DNA from: Ranitomeya imitator
Taxonomy: Eukaryota
Length of the DNA: 64,000 bases
Assembly (NCBI RefSeq): GCF_032444005.1
Contig: NC_091283.1
Span: 827,514,001 to 827,578,000, forward strand
Reading direction: 5' to 3'
Positions 10,501 through 31,090 of the stretch are shown piece by piece (positions within the stretch are counted from its first letter, which is position 1; every line of letters starts with the position of its first letter). The translations under genes were made by a program, and so were the position numbers. The notes beneath the pieces were generated by a model. That model was not told the DNA's origin and made no database searches. It was given only the letters and a program-made list of their open reading frames with translations.

Positions 10501-13500
10501 AGTCTACATACAAGGCCCCTTCCTAATATTCTGCATTGTATTATGGCCCCAGAGTGTGTTCCCTACAGATCCCCTGCCAGTCACTCCAGTGTGGAGACCT
10601 GCACACAACGATAATCCATAATGACACAAACCCCCCCCCAGGGCAATGCAGCGTCATGAAGCCACACAGTTAAATGGCTGCTCATATCTGTCTTCAGGGG
10701 TGCACCGATACCAGCCTCATGGCATCCTGCGAGGGCGCTGACAACCCGACCAGCAGCATGGTAGACAAAGCTCCACAGCATCGGAACCGGGCAGGGGCAC
10801 CAGTGGCCGGGCTGAAAGAAGAACTTGTAAGCTGTATAGCAAAGCGTTTGCAAGGGTCGCTGTCCTTTCCAAGAAACTGGCCACCTCTGAATGGCTACCG
10901 GCCACCTCTGCAGTCTAAGGCAGCGAATCACAATATCATTAAAAATCCCTCCCAAAACAAGGTGTGAATGCTCCTCACCAGGCCGTTGTCGCTCTTCTTC
11001 ACCACATATCCGGACAGCGAGGAGAAGACGTAGCCGTGTTTGCAGTAAGTCCCGTAGCCGGGCGTACATTCCTCCAAGCTGCACAGACGCTCTCCTGGAA
11101 AACGGACACATATATGATCAGTGCATGTGGATATAACGCCGCCGCCATACTGCTCTGCCACAATTACTACATTTTCCAAGACCAAAAGTTAAAAGCTGGA
11201 CCTGCCAGATTCTATTTATGCCAGAGATCTCAGACAGCACACGCGCCTCCCGCCACCTTTGGATATCCGGAGCAGACGGCACAGGCGCCTCCCGCCACCT
11301 CCGTATATCCAGAGCAGCCGCCTCCCGCCACCTCCGTATATCCAGAGCAGACGGCACAGGCGCCTCCCGCCACCTCCGTATATCCAGAGCAGACGGCACA
11401 GGCGCCTCCCGCCACCTCCGTATATCCAGAGCAGACGGCACAGGCACCTCCCGCCACCTCCGTATATCCAGAGCAGACGGCACAGGCACCTCCCGCCACC
11501 TCCGTATATCCAGAGCAGACGGCACAGGCACCTCCCGCCACCTTTGGATATCCAGAGCAGACGGCACAGGCACCTCCCGCCACCTCCGTATATGCAGAGC
11601 AGACGCCTCCCGCCACCTCCGTATATCCAGAGCAGACGGCACAGGCGCCTCCCGCCACCCATGATTTAAAAAAAGATTACCGCACACTCAAGACTGGTAA
11701 GATGCAAAAGGTGTATGCCAATTTTATTGAAGAAAACAAAACAAAAAAAGAAGTGGTTGCCACATTCATATTCATTTGAAATAGACAAAAACCCGACATT
11801 TCGACCCTCCCGGGTCTTACTCATGGGGTTACTCAAGTCCTTTGACATAGATGCATAATAGTGGCAGTGGTAGGGGGTGTACGACCGATCCCTTGTTAAG
11901 GCACAACCTTATAATAAAGCCAGTCCGGGCAGAAGTGTCCCGGGAGCACAGAATCTGGGTGGTGAGGGCTGTTAGACACCTAGTGGGTCTGAAAAGGGTC
12001 CCTGGGAGGATTAGCGGCACATCCCGCGCCTTGCTGCGATGTCCTGGGGGGAGACCCGGAAAGTCTTTGGATATCCAGAGCAGACGGCACTGGCACCTCC
12101 CGCCACCTCCTTAAATGCAGAGCAGACGGCACAGGCGCCTCCCGCCACCTCCGTATATCCAGAGCAGACGGCACAGGCGCCTCCCGCCACCCATGTACAT
12201 CCAGAGCAGACGGCACACGCACCTCCCGCCACCTCCGTATATCCAGAGCAGACGGCACACGCACCTCCCGCCACCTCCGTATATCCAGAGCAGACGGCAC
12301 AGGCGCCTCCCGCCATCTCCGTATATCCAGAGCAGACGGCACAGGCGCCTCCCGCCACCCATGTACATCCAGAGCAGACGGCACAGGCGCCTCCCGCCAC
12401 CTCCATATATCCAGAGCAGACGGCACAGGCGCCTCCCGCCACCTCCATATATCCAGAGCAGACGGCACAGGCGCCTCCCGCCACCTCTGTATATCCAGAG
12501 CAGATGGCACAGGCTCCTCCCATGTACATCCAGAGCAGACGGCACAAGCGCCTCCCGCCACCTCCGTATATCCAGAGTGGTGGTGATGCCTGCGCTCGCA
12601 GGATGGCACAATGCCACTGAAGCCTGTGACTGATGGCAGCGGTCATGAAATAGACACAGTGCATCACTGTATATTTCCCTAATGACGTGCAGTTCCAGTC
12701 ACCTGAACACTGCAACCAATCACAGACTGCAGCGGTTCTGTGAAACTTGGACAGTGTCAACCACTGGACAGAAGGGGAACATGCTTCCGTTATTGTATGA
12801 TAGCCCACACCTAAGGAGGGAAAAAGAAAAAAAGAAAAAAAAAAAAGTGCAACACCGACAACCCATTCAATTTCCTTTTTTCCCCTCCATTGCTTTTTTT
12901 TTTTTGGGGGGGGGGGGGTCATTTTTACAGCACACATCGCGCGGAAAGAATAGTTCTTCAGATCAGTACGGATATATACACCAGTATATATTTAGGCGCT
13001 TAAAAAAAATTCTTAACAGTATTTAGCTATGGTCACACGTTCAGTATTTGGTCAGTATTTTACATCAGTATTTCTAAGCCAAAACCAAGAGTGGAACAAT
13101 CAGAGGAAAAGTATAATAGAAACATCTGCACCACTTCTGTATTTATCACCCACTCCTGGTTTTGGCTACAAATACTGAACGTGGCTTTATATGGAATAAG
13201 CCGACACTCGTAACCCTGATCTTTATGTGGACGGAGCTGCGTCAGGACTTGTTTTTTCCGCTCGTTATTTTTGGTCCCGTTTTGGGCCAGATACGACGTT
13301 TTGACATGTTTTTATTGCATTATTTTGGTGGGAGGTGCAAAAGACAAACAAACCAACAATTTTTGGAGTATATGATGTCTACGTCCACACAGGACTGCAG
13401 AAACCCTGCCGCAGACCCCTGCACTCCACCCTATGGCAGTCACTGGGGTCATTGGGTCCCATTTCTGCGCAAAATAACGTTTCACCCAAATCTGAGGCGT

Positions 13501-13769
13501 ATCTGCTCTCTATGAACAAATCCTAAGTGTTTCGTGTGCATATACTAAAACCAAGCTAAATAAACAGCGTGGAACTACAAGTCTCAGCAAGCAGCCAGCA
13601 ATCTCCACACATTACACAGCTATATACTAAACAAGCACCATTTATCGGAAGGAGCCTTCCCTCTAACCGCCCATGACGGTGCAGACAGCCAGTATCAGAT
13701 GACTCCGCTCATTACCAGCTGTTTTCCTCTCCCGTACTCACCGGGGACACAACACCGAACCGGCGCCAT
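7553..13769 (-). CDS. EXOSC1: Exosome complex component CSL4 (EXOSC1), complete, 194 aa
   Basis: Exons 13769-13742 (MAPVRCCVP), 11094-10979 (GERLCSLEEC...), 10389-10315 (MPVVSVVRD...VTCK), 9833-9745 (VMSINPRFAKV...RGTIR), 9472-9439 (KEDIRATEKDK), 8858-8808 (VEVYKSFRPGDIVVARV), 8472-8388 (ISLGDAQSNYLLTTAENELGVVVAHSE) and 7659-7553 (...ISWCEMQCPKTH...VQPEFLQT*). They total 585 nt with consistent phases. Confidence 0.97.
8473..8807 (-). other. U12-type (minor spliceosome) GT-AG intron of EXOSC1
   Basis: 5' splice site GTATCCTTG, branch-like TTCCTTAC at 8491-8484 about 12 nt from the acceptor AG, and no polypyrimidine tract. Confidence 0.9.
8580..8795 (-). mobile_element. SINE/L2 3' fragment with a nested opposite-strand L2 tail
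   Basis: Same family as 25150-25310 (ttatttatatagcacc...aaggggttacatac...gacagactggtacagaggggagaggaccctg), interrupted by a plus-strand tail at about 8665-8715. Confidence 0.6.
9064..9245. mobile_element. Harbinger-type MITE
   Basis: TIRs GGCCGGGGTCACGCTTGCGAG / CTCGCAAGTGTGACCCCGGCC. TTA on the left; the right TSD is imperfect. Confidence 0.65.
11236..11662. repeat. 42-bp GC-rich minisatellite, array 1 (EXOSC1 intron 1)
   Basis: Unit CCAGAGCAGACGGCACAGGCGCCTCCCGCCACCTCCGTATAT, about 10 copies. Confidence 0.95.
11680..11835 (-). mobile_element. Penelope-like element terminal fragment with a minimal hammerhead-like motif
   Basis: The minus strand reads CCCC-ATGAGTA-A-GACCC-GGGA-GGGTC-GAAA-TGTC-GGG, then a T-rich tract and AATAAA. 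This layout is typical of PLE pseudo-LTR ends. Confidence 0.55.
12063..12575. repeat. 42-bp GC-rich minisatellite, array 2
   Basis: Same unit and orientation as array 1, about 12 copies. Confidence 0.95.
13029..13185. mobile_element. Harbinger-type MITE (second copy at 43818-43994)
   Basis: GGTCAC..GTTCAGTATTTGGTCAGTATTTTACATCAGTATTT...AAATACTGAACGTG. The two copies in the window are near-identical. Confidence 0.7.
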
Positions 13770-13930
13770 TAGTACCACGTGGGATTTGACACGCAGGAGA
13801 AAGTCACGCTATGATTGGATGATGCAATATCACGTGGTGTATTAACATGCCTGCAGCCGATTGGACGTCTTGTGAAGTAGTCGAGCCAATCAACTGTGAG
13901 AGGTCTGCAGACCGGCGGCAGCCATATTTA
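13770..13930 (-). promoter_or_regulatory. EXOSC1 promoter
   Basis: Immediately upstream of the ATG: E-boxes CACGTG (13776, 13831), CCAAT/ATTGG boxes (13814, 13860, 13886) and YY1-like GCCATATTT (about 13921). Confidence 0.7.
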
Positions 13931-14866
13931 GTGAGGGAAAACTGCCCACAGATAGTTTCCAGGGTGTATTGTAACTTTTACTGTACAGGGAATATAAATA
14001 ATACAAAAAGAAAATGTTTAGTTTTTCTCCATTTTCGGGATCTGGGGCTGGGTGATGACTTATTTTTTTGTGCGCAGAGCTGACGTTTTTTATTGATGTA
14101 GATATGTTTAGATCGCTGTTATTGCATTTTATTGGAAAGTCGTGGTGACCAGAAAAAACGTAATTCTGGCATTTTACAGATCGGATTCATTTATTTTATA
14201 TTTTGATAGATTGGACATTTCTGCATATTTTGTTTTATTTCGAGTGGGGGGGGGGGGGGGGAAGGGAATCTGAACTTTTTTTTTTTTTTGCAAACTTTTT
14301 TTCCTTTTTACTTGCTTCAAAGTTCTCCCTAGAAAACCTGAAACTGCAATCTTACAATCGCCTGTGTTATGTCTACCGTAAATGCAGATCTCCTAATTGC
14401 CACAGGCCGGTCTCAATAACAAGCACGTGGGTGGGGGGGGGGGGGCGGTCATGGCTGTCATGACAACCTATCGCCACCAAGGATCATGTGATGGGGGCGC
14501 CAAGACGCACTTCCTGTAAGAACGAGTTAAATGCTGCAGATGGATGGTGATTCCACCTGCGGCTGTTACAGACGCACATGACAACTGATCAGATTGGCTG
14601 TCACGTGCAGGGAAAGATGCGGGCTCAGCGCTGGAGCCTCCGCCCCAAATGCAGGGACGTGACCGATGACGTATCTATAAGTCATTTGTCGTGAAGTGGT
14701 TGAAGACCAATGGACATCTGGATTTCATAAATCAATAGTTCACATGAAAATAAGAAACGTTGTAACATATTTCATCAGAGAAATCTGCTGCTTTCTCCTC
14801 CTGGATCGATCCCTCTCGATTCCTGGATAAAATCTGTATTCAGTGGAGATAAGACTGAGAGGAGTC

Positions 14867-14978
14867 TGCAAATGGTTTCTTCAGAGAGGAAGAGGACCAC
14901 AGCGCTAGCGCCACCTATTGGAAGTCGTGATCCTAAAACTCAATATCGACCTTTTAATGAGCCTTGTCACATGACTTA
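14867..14978 (-). mobile_element. Diverged fragment of the 331-nt retrozyme-like repeat
   Basis: Aligns by eye to 35765-35880: gcaaat..tc(a/t)gaga..aagaggac..tagcgccacct(a/t)ttggaagt..gatcct..tttaa(t/c)gag..atgactta. Confidence 0.6.
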
Positions 14979-16476
14979 ATGACAGTTGGTGCTCACATCA
15001 TTCTATGCAGAGGGGAGGAGCTAGCGGAACACACGGACATTCCACTGAAAATTCTTTTGAAATGAGTTACAATTTAAAGGGGGTTTCGCCCCGGCCTGTG
15101 GATATTGTAAGTTCTACTGCTCAGGACATGGATTGTCCACAGGCGGCCCAGATTGCCACCTATGTCCGCCCTCCTCTTCCTCAATTGATAGTTCTGGCTT
15201 TACAGGAGTAGAAGGGTGGAAATAAAGGAAAAACAAGCAGGTGGGACGGTGCACTCGGCTGCTCAGGCGCAGCACGGAAGCACCGAGGCCGACGTCGTTC
15301 ACACTTGTCTTGATGAGGAGGTGTGCTGGAGTCAGAAGCCCCCGCGGTGCGTCAGATAGGTGGTGCGCTCCGCCATCTCCATGCACCACTCATCATGAAT
15401 TTGCCGAGCGGTCGCCTGGCACGCACTCTGCCGACTTTGGCAAAAATAGAGCGAGAACACCATATGGCGTAAAATCTTAGAGCAGCCAAAGTTTTGCAAC
15501 TTTTCACGTGTAGAAGCTTTGATGATATGGGCCTAAAGTGTTGGTGCTTGGTTTGAACAGTCATTTTTTTTTTCGTGCTTACAGAGTCTGGAACCATAGA
15601 CACAGGCTGGCCGAATGCTCCAGTGATGACAACCCCCATTAAAACTTGTGTCATGGCAAAAAAAAAGTGAGGCCTCATACAGATGTTCTTTTTAACTTTT
15701 GCATACAAAAAAAAAAAAAAAAACAACTGGCAGCTTTTCATCAATGTGCTGGATCAGGTTTTTACCTTCATTGTCATCCAATTATCTCATATTCCAAAAA
15801 TAATACCAAAATTTCCAAGGTTCCTCTAATTATTAAATGTAAAGCGCACGTATGACATTTGTGCCTCCTCTATTTTGTTCATTGATTTGATGAGTTTGTT
15901 CCAAGTCGTAGATCAAAAAAAAAAAATGGCCGTCTATTATTTTGATTTTTTGCAAACATTCTGTTCGGTTGTGTTCATTACAGGTAGGGTTCCTATATGT
16001 AGAATGGACGCTTGTAGGAGCCTTACTGGGGTAAAAGCACAACCAGAAGGCCGCTCTCATTGCACATCACTCCTTTATTGTAATGGTTTAAATAATAGAC
16101 GTCTCTACAAAAAAAGAAAATACGGGACCAGAAAACATGTACAGGTCTCCGGGAAGCAGAGCGGCACGATGCACTACGTCGCCACAGTATAGGGATGTAC
16201 GTTACCGCTAATACATGGGGGCACAGGAAACCTAAAATACAGGGGGGGGCGGTATACAAACAAATCTCATCCCACTGCATTCCCACTCAGCTTTTCTAGA
16301 GTCCTGAACAGCGAATCTACCTACCTGTGCAGGAACATGGGAGCTGGGGATGTATCACTACATAAAGGTGGCAGCGCCGCCATTCAGGAGTCTGGGAAAG
16401 TGAGATGTTTAACTGCAGCCATCTTGCCTAGAAATGGTTACAAATGGCATAACAGACAAAAATAGAAATCACTTAA

Positions 16477-16879
16477 AGGAATTGTCCATCTTTAGTAACT
16501 AATTTTTTTTTAACTTAAATTCATGTATTTGGAGCTAAAAAGCTTTTGTTTTGTAATTGAGTTTCATTAAACACATTTGCACCATTTTGCGTTTACAGCT
16601 TTTTTTTTTGCTTCATTCACTTTCATTTTTGATGAGACCTCAGGTCATAAATCAACTCAAAAGACTGATCGAGAGTCACAAACTCTCGTGTCAGGCCGAG
16701 CTCACTAACCGTTTCTCAGATAACTCCTTCTGCAGCCAGTAATTGTGCAACGCAGACACTGTAGAAAGCAAATGGCGCAACTTTTTAATGAAACTCAAAA
16801 ATGAATTTTAGACTCCAATACATGAACTTAAGTACAGTTGGGGAGGGGGGTGATACCCCTAAAAAGGTGGACAACCCCT
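16477..16879. mobile_element. Kolobok/T2-type MITE
   Basis: TTAA|AGGAATTGTCCA...TGGACAACCCCT, with internal inverted arms. The right TTAA is degenerate. Confidence 0.5.
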
Positions 16880-17603
16880 CAAAGACAATCTGAACCTCAC
16901 AACCCTAAAAATAAAAGGAGCAGCAGCACTGGAGTTGTGAGGGATCACTGGAATGGAGCTGTGGTCGAGTTAGCATTTGCATCCTGGTTCTTGGGATAGG
17001 TAGGGTCCAAGGGGTCAGACCCCCTCCGTAACATTATACGATGAGGATATCCCTTTAAGAACAAGAAATTACTGCAAAAGAAGCAGAGGGCGACCATCTA
17101 CTGATTTGCACCACATACGTTACGATCGGAATGACAATGACAGAAACGAGTTCCTGCATTTTGGGGCAAATGTCTGAAGACGCTTGGAAATGGCGCGACG
17201 AACGGTAACGTCTTCATACAGGAATATTTTCAGTGCACTGGAATAAAAAGTGTTGGAAACCTGGAAATGAAAGAACACGTACATGAGAACCCTATGAGTG
17301 CCGTAAACAGAGGACTACAGAGCGATACGACTACCTGCGTGTGACCGGACCACGGGCCGACGTGCGGCGTCCCAACATCCTAACTATGCAGACGGCGCTC
17401 CTATCGTAGAGAATGTGGAATGCACTAAAGTCTACTCCAGCTGCGCGGGCATGGGGGCTGGAGACGTGAACGGGTTTGCTAAGGGGGGCACAGTTACAAG
17501 AACAGACGCATTGTAGAATCTGTCAAGTGTTGGTTTTAAAAATAAACTTGAAAAATAATTTAAAAAAAGGGGATGGATGACGCCGGCAGCAGCGAAGGAC
17601 GAT

Positions 17604-26868
<9,265 letters not shown>

Positions 26869-26869
26869 T

Positions 26870-27360
26870 TCTTTCTCCGGTCGCCGGCTGCTGTTACGCT
26901 GCGGAACTGAGGGATAACTGCGCCTGCGCATTCACAACCAAAGAAGGAGTGGGCGGGGAGGCGTGACGTCACTCGAAAGCCTCCCGAGCACGTTCGCGCT
27001 TCTCAGACTCAAGTGCGCCTGCGTGTGTTTGTACGCATGCGTAGTAGTTCGATGTTGGGCGAAAAGCGGGCACCGTTTGTTTCGGGAGAGTGATTATAAG
27101 ATGATTAGAAAAAGGAGTTATACTTGTGTTGACGGCTCAGTTTAATCAACGCCGGATAATAATGTTATAAAGGTGGTTGTGTGAGGGAGAAATAGGTTTC
27201 TTGATGGTTAGTGGTATAATGTTGGACAGGTTGCCCTTTGGAAAGATGGCCGCCGCGGCATCGGGTTGTGACGCTAACACTGCTGGGCGTTGGCAGGGCT
27301 TGTGCTGTCTGCACGTAAAGCACGTCTCCGCAGCAAGGCGACGTGACCTTCAGCCGGGGG
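26870..27360. promoter_or_regulatory. PGAM1 CpG-island promoter
   Basis: NRF1-like TGCGCCTGCGCA (26919), GC box GGGCGGG (26951), palindromic CRE TGACGTCA (26964) overlapping an RCGTG, and YY1-like AAGATGGCCGCC (27243, plus strand). Confidence 0.75.
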
Positions 27361-27459
27361 CTTGGTTGGTTCTGTCAGAACTTAGGGATTATGTGACCGA
27401 ATGGTTCTTGTTGTGCAGACGCTGGAGGGGAGAGATGTGAATCCGGGGCTGCCAGAGGA

Positions 27460-29150
27460 AGCAGGACTCACAGGCTTTCCATGTGGGTTGGGGAAGCAGG
27501 ACTTTCTCTATGAGTGGATGTTGGAAGCAGGACTCACAGGTAGTGTTGAGCATTCCGATACCGAGTTCCGATATTTTTGTGGTATCGGGAATCGGTATCG
27601 GATCCATATTAATGTGTAAAATAAAGAATTAAAATAAAAAATATTGATGTACTTACCTCTCCGGCGGCCCCTGGACATCACCGCTGGTAACCGGCAGCCT
27701 TCTTTGTTTAAAATGAGCGCGTTTAGGGACTTCCATGACGTCACGGCTTCTGATTGGTCGCGTGCCGCTCATGTGACCGCCACGTGACCAATCAGAAGCC
27801 GCAACGTCATTCGCAGGTCCTAAATTCCTAGAATGAGGAGTTTAGGGCCTGAGAATGACATCGCGGCTTGTGATTGGTCGCGTGGCGGTCACATGAGCGG
27901 CACGCGACCAATCAGAAGCCGTGACGTCATGGAAGTCCCTAAACGCGCTCATGTTAAACAAAGAAGCCTGCCGGTTAGCCGCGTGATGTCCAGGGGCCTC
28001 CGGAGAGGTGAGTATATCAATATTTTTTATTTTAATTCTTTATTTTACACATTAATATGGATCCCAGGGCCTGAAGGAGAGTTTCCTCTCCTTCAGACCC
28101 TGGGAACCATCAGGATACCTTCCGATACTTGGTGTCCCATTGACTTGTATTGGTATCGGGTATCGGCGATATCCGATACTTTTCGGGTATCGGCCGATAC
28201 TATCCGATACCGATACTTTCAAGTATCGGACGGTATCGCTCAACACTACTCACAGGTTTTCTATACGAGTGGGTGGAGGAAGCAGGACTCGCAGGCTTTC
28301 TCTATGAGTGGGTGTTGCAAGCAGGACTCACAGGCTTTCTCTATGAGGATGTTGGAAGCAGGACTCACAGGCTTTATGAGTGGGTGTTGGAAGCAGGACT
28401 CACAGGCTTTATGAGTGGGTGTTGGAAGCAGGACTTGCAGGCTTTCTATACGAGTGGGTGAAGGAAGCAGGACTCACAGGCTTTCTCTATGAGTGGATGT
28501 TGAAAGCAGGACTCGCAGGCTTTCTCTATGAGTGGGTGTTGGAAGCAGGACTCACAGGCTTTCTCTGAGTGGATGTTGAAAGCGGGACTCGCAGGCTTTC
28601 TCTATGAGTGGATGTTGAAAGCAGGACTCGCAGGCTTTCTCTATGAGTGGATGTTGGAAGCAGGACTCACAGGCTTTATGAGTGGGTGTTGGAAGCAGGA
28701 CTCACAGGCTTTCTCTATGAGTGGATGTTGGAAGCAGGACTCACAGGCTTTATGAGTGGGTGTTGGAAGCAGGACTCACAGGCTTTCTATATGAGTGGAT
28801 GTTGGAAGCAGGACTCGCAGGCTTTATGACTGGATGTTGGAAGCAGGACTCGCAGGCTTTCTCTATGAGTGGGTGTTGGAAGCAGGACTCACAGGCTTTC
28901 TCTATGAGTGGGTGTTGGAAGCAGGACTCGCAGGCTTTCTCTATGAGTGGGTGTTGGAAGCAGGACTCGCAGGCTTTCTCTATGAGTGGATGTTGGAAGC
29001 AGGACTCACAGGCTTTATGAGTGGATGTTGGAAGCAGGACTCACAGGCTTTATGAGTGGATGTTGGAAGCAGGACTCACGGGCTTTCTCTATGAGTGGAT
29101 GTTGGAAGCAGGACTCGCAGGCTTTCTGGATGAGTGGGTGGATGAGGCAG
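27460..29150. repeat. About 39-bp minisatellite (split by a hAT MITE; relics at 36010-36120)
   Basis: GAGTGG(A/G)TGTTGGAAGCAGGACTC(A/G)CAGGCTTT(CTCT)AT, more than 20 copies. Confidence 0.9.
27541..28248. mobile_element. hAT-type MITE
   Basis: TIRs TAGTGTTGAGC/GCTCAACACTA with an 8-bp TSD CTCACAGG on both sides. Confidence 0.9.
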
Positions 29151-30287
29151 GTAATGGGAAAGGATTTTTTACAGTTTGTGCAGTCAATATGGAATGCCCA
29201 ACGACAAGAGGTAGTAATGGCATACATTAAAACAGCTTTTATAAAATGGCTGAAAGATTTCCTCAACACACATAACATTGTGGGTTATAGTTAAATTAGT
29301 ATGCAAATTGCCTCTTCTGAGAAAAAGAGGACTTAACTCTATAGCGCCACCTTTTGGAAGTAGCGATCCTACAAGTCACAATCAACTCTTTAACCCCTTC
29401 CCGACCTTTGACGCCACGTAGGCGTCATGAAAGTCGGTGCCAATCCGACCCATGACGCCTATGTGGCGTCATGGAAAGATCGCGTCCCTGCAGATCCGGT
29501 GAAAGGGTTAACTCCCATTTCACCCGATCTGCAGGGACAGGGGGAGTGGTAGTTTAGCCCAGGGGGGGTGGCTTCACCCCCTCGTGGCTACGATCGCTCT
29601 GATTGGCTGTTGAAAGTGAAACTGCCAATCAGAGCGATTTGTAATATTTCACCTATTATAACGGGTGAAATATTACAATCCAGCCATGGCCGATGCTGCA
29701 ATATCATCGGCCATGGCTGGAAATACTAATGTGCCCCCACCCCACCGATCGCCCCCCCAGCCCCCCGATCTGGCCGGTACACTGCTCCGGCTCCCCTCCG
29801 TCCAGTGCTCCGCTCCCCCCTGTGCTCTTGTCCACTCCCCCCGTGCTTCAATCACCCCCCCCCCCGTGCTCCAATCACCCCCCCTGCATTCCGATTCACC
29901 CCCCCGTGCTCCGTTCCAGCCCCCCCGTGCTCCGTTCCACGCCCCCCGTGCTCCGTTCCACGCCTGCCGCGCTCCGATTCCCCCCCCCCCCGTGCTCCGA
30001 TCCCCCCCCGTGGTCCCCCCCACCCCATCATACTTACCGATCCTGCCGGGGTCCCGTCCGTCTTCTCCCTGGGCGCCGCCATCTTCCAAAATGGTGGGCG
30101 CATGCGCAGTGCGCCCGCCGAATCTGCCGGCCGGCAGATTCGTTCCAAAGTGCATTTTGATCACTGAGATAGATTATATCTCAGTGATCAAAATAAAAAA
30201 AATAATAAATGACCCCCCCCTTTGTCACCCCCATAGGTAGGGACAATAAAAAAATAAAGAAATTTTTTTTTTCCACTAATGTTAGAA

Positions 30288-31090
30288 TAGGGTTAGGGTT
30301 AGGGGTAGGGTTAGGGGTAGGGTTAGGGGTAGGGTTAGGGTTATTGTTAGGGGTAGGGCTAGGGGTAGGGGTAAGGTTAGGGGTAGGGCTAGGGTTAGGG
30401 TTTCGGTATGTGCACACGTATTCTGGTCCTCTGCGGATTTGATAAATCCGCAGTGCTAAACCGCTGCGGATTTATGGCGGATTTACCGCGTTTTTTTCTG
30501 CGCATTTCACTGCGGTTTTACAATTGCGATTTTCTATTTGAGCAGTTGTAAAACCGCTGTGGAATCCGCACAAAGAAGTGACATGCTGCGGAATGTAAAC
30601 CGCTGCGTTTCCGTGCAGTTTTTCCGCAGCATGTGTACAGCGATTTTTGTTTCCCATAGGTCTATGAAAAACCAAATCCGCTGTGCCCATGGTGCAGAAA
30701 ATACCGTGCGGAAACGCTGCGTTGTATTTTCCGCAGCATGTCAATTCTTTGTGCGGATTCCGCGGCGTTTTACACCTGTTCCTCAATAGGAATCCGCAGG
30801 TGAAATCCGCACAAGAAACACTGGAAATCCGCGGAAAATCCGCAGGTAAAACGCAGTGCCTTTTACCCGCGGATTTTTCAAAAATGGTGCTGAAAAATCT
30901 CACACGAATCCGCAACGTGGGCACATAGCCTTAGGGTTAGGGTTGGAATTAGGGTTGTGGTTAGGGTTAGGGGTGTGTTGGGGTTAGTGTTGTGGTTAGG
31001 GGTGTGTTGGGGTTAGGGTTGTGATTAGGATTATGGCTACAGTTGGGATTAGAGTTAGGGGTGTGTTGGGGTTAGTGTTGGAGGTAGAAT
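30288..31090 (+). repeat. Telomere-like (GGGTTA/GGGGTA)n tracts, split by a nested MITE
   Basis: 30288-30400 and 30931-31090 are degenerate TTAGGG repeats. Confidence 0.85.

Noticed and set aside
10964-12937. Long repetitive ORFs (271 aa, 308 aa etc.) on both strands
   Set aside because: They arise from a stop-free 42-bp minisatellite inside EXOSC1 intron 1, with no splice or homology support.
27246-27440. MAAAASGCDANTAGRW... as the first exon of RRP12 or MMS19
   Set aside because: It does not match either recalled N-terminus, and no downstream exons are present.
29665-30240. Pro-rich 191-aa ORF
   Set aside because: Low-complexity C-rich subterminal region of the piggyBac-like element.
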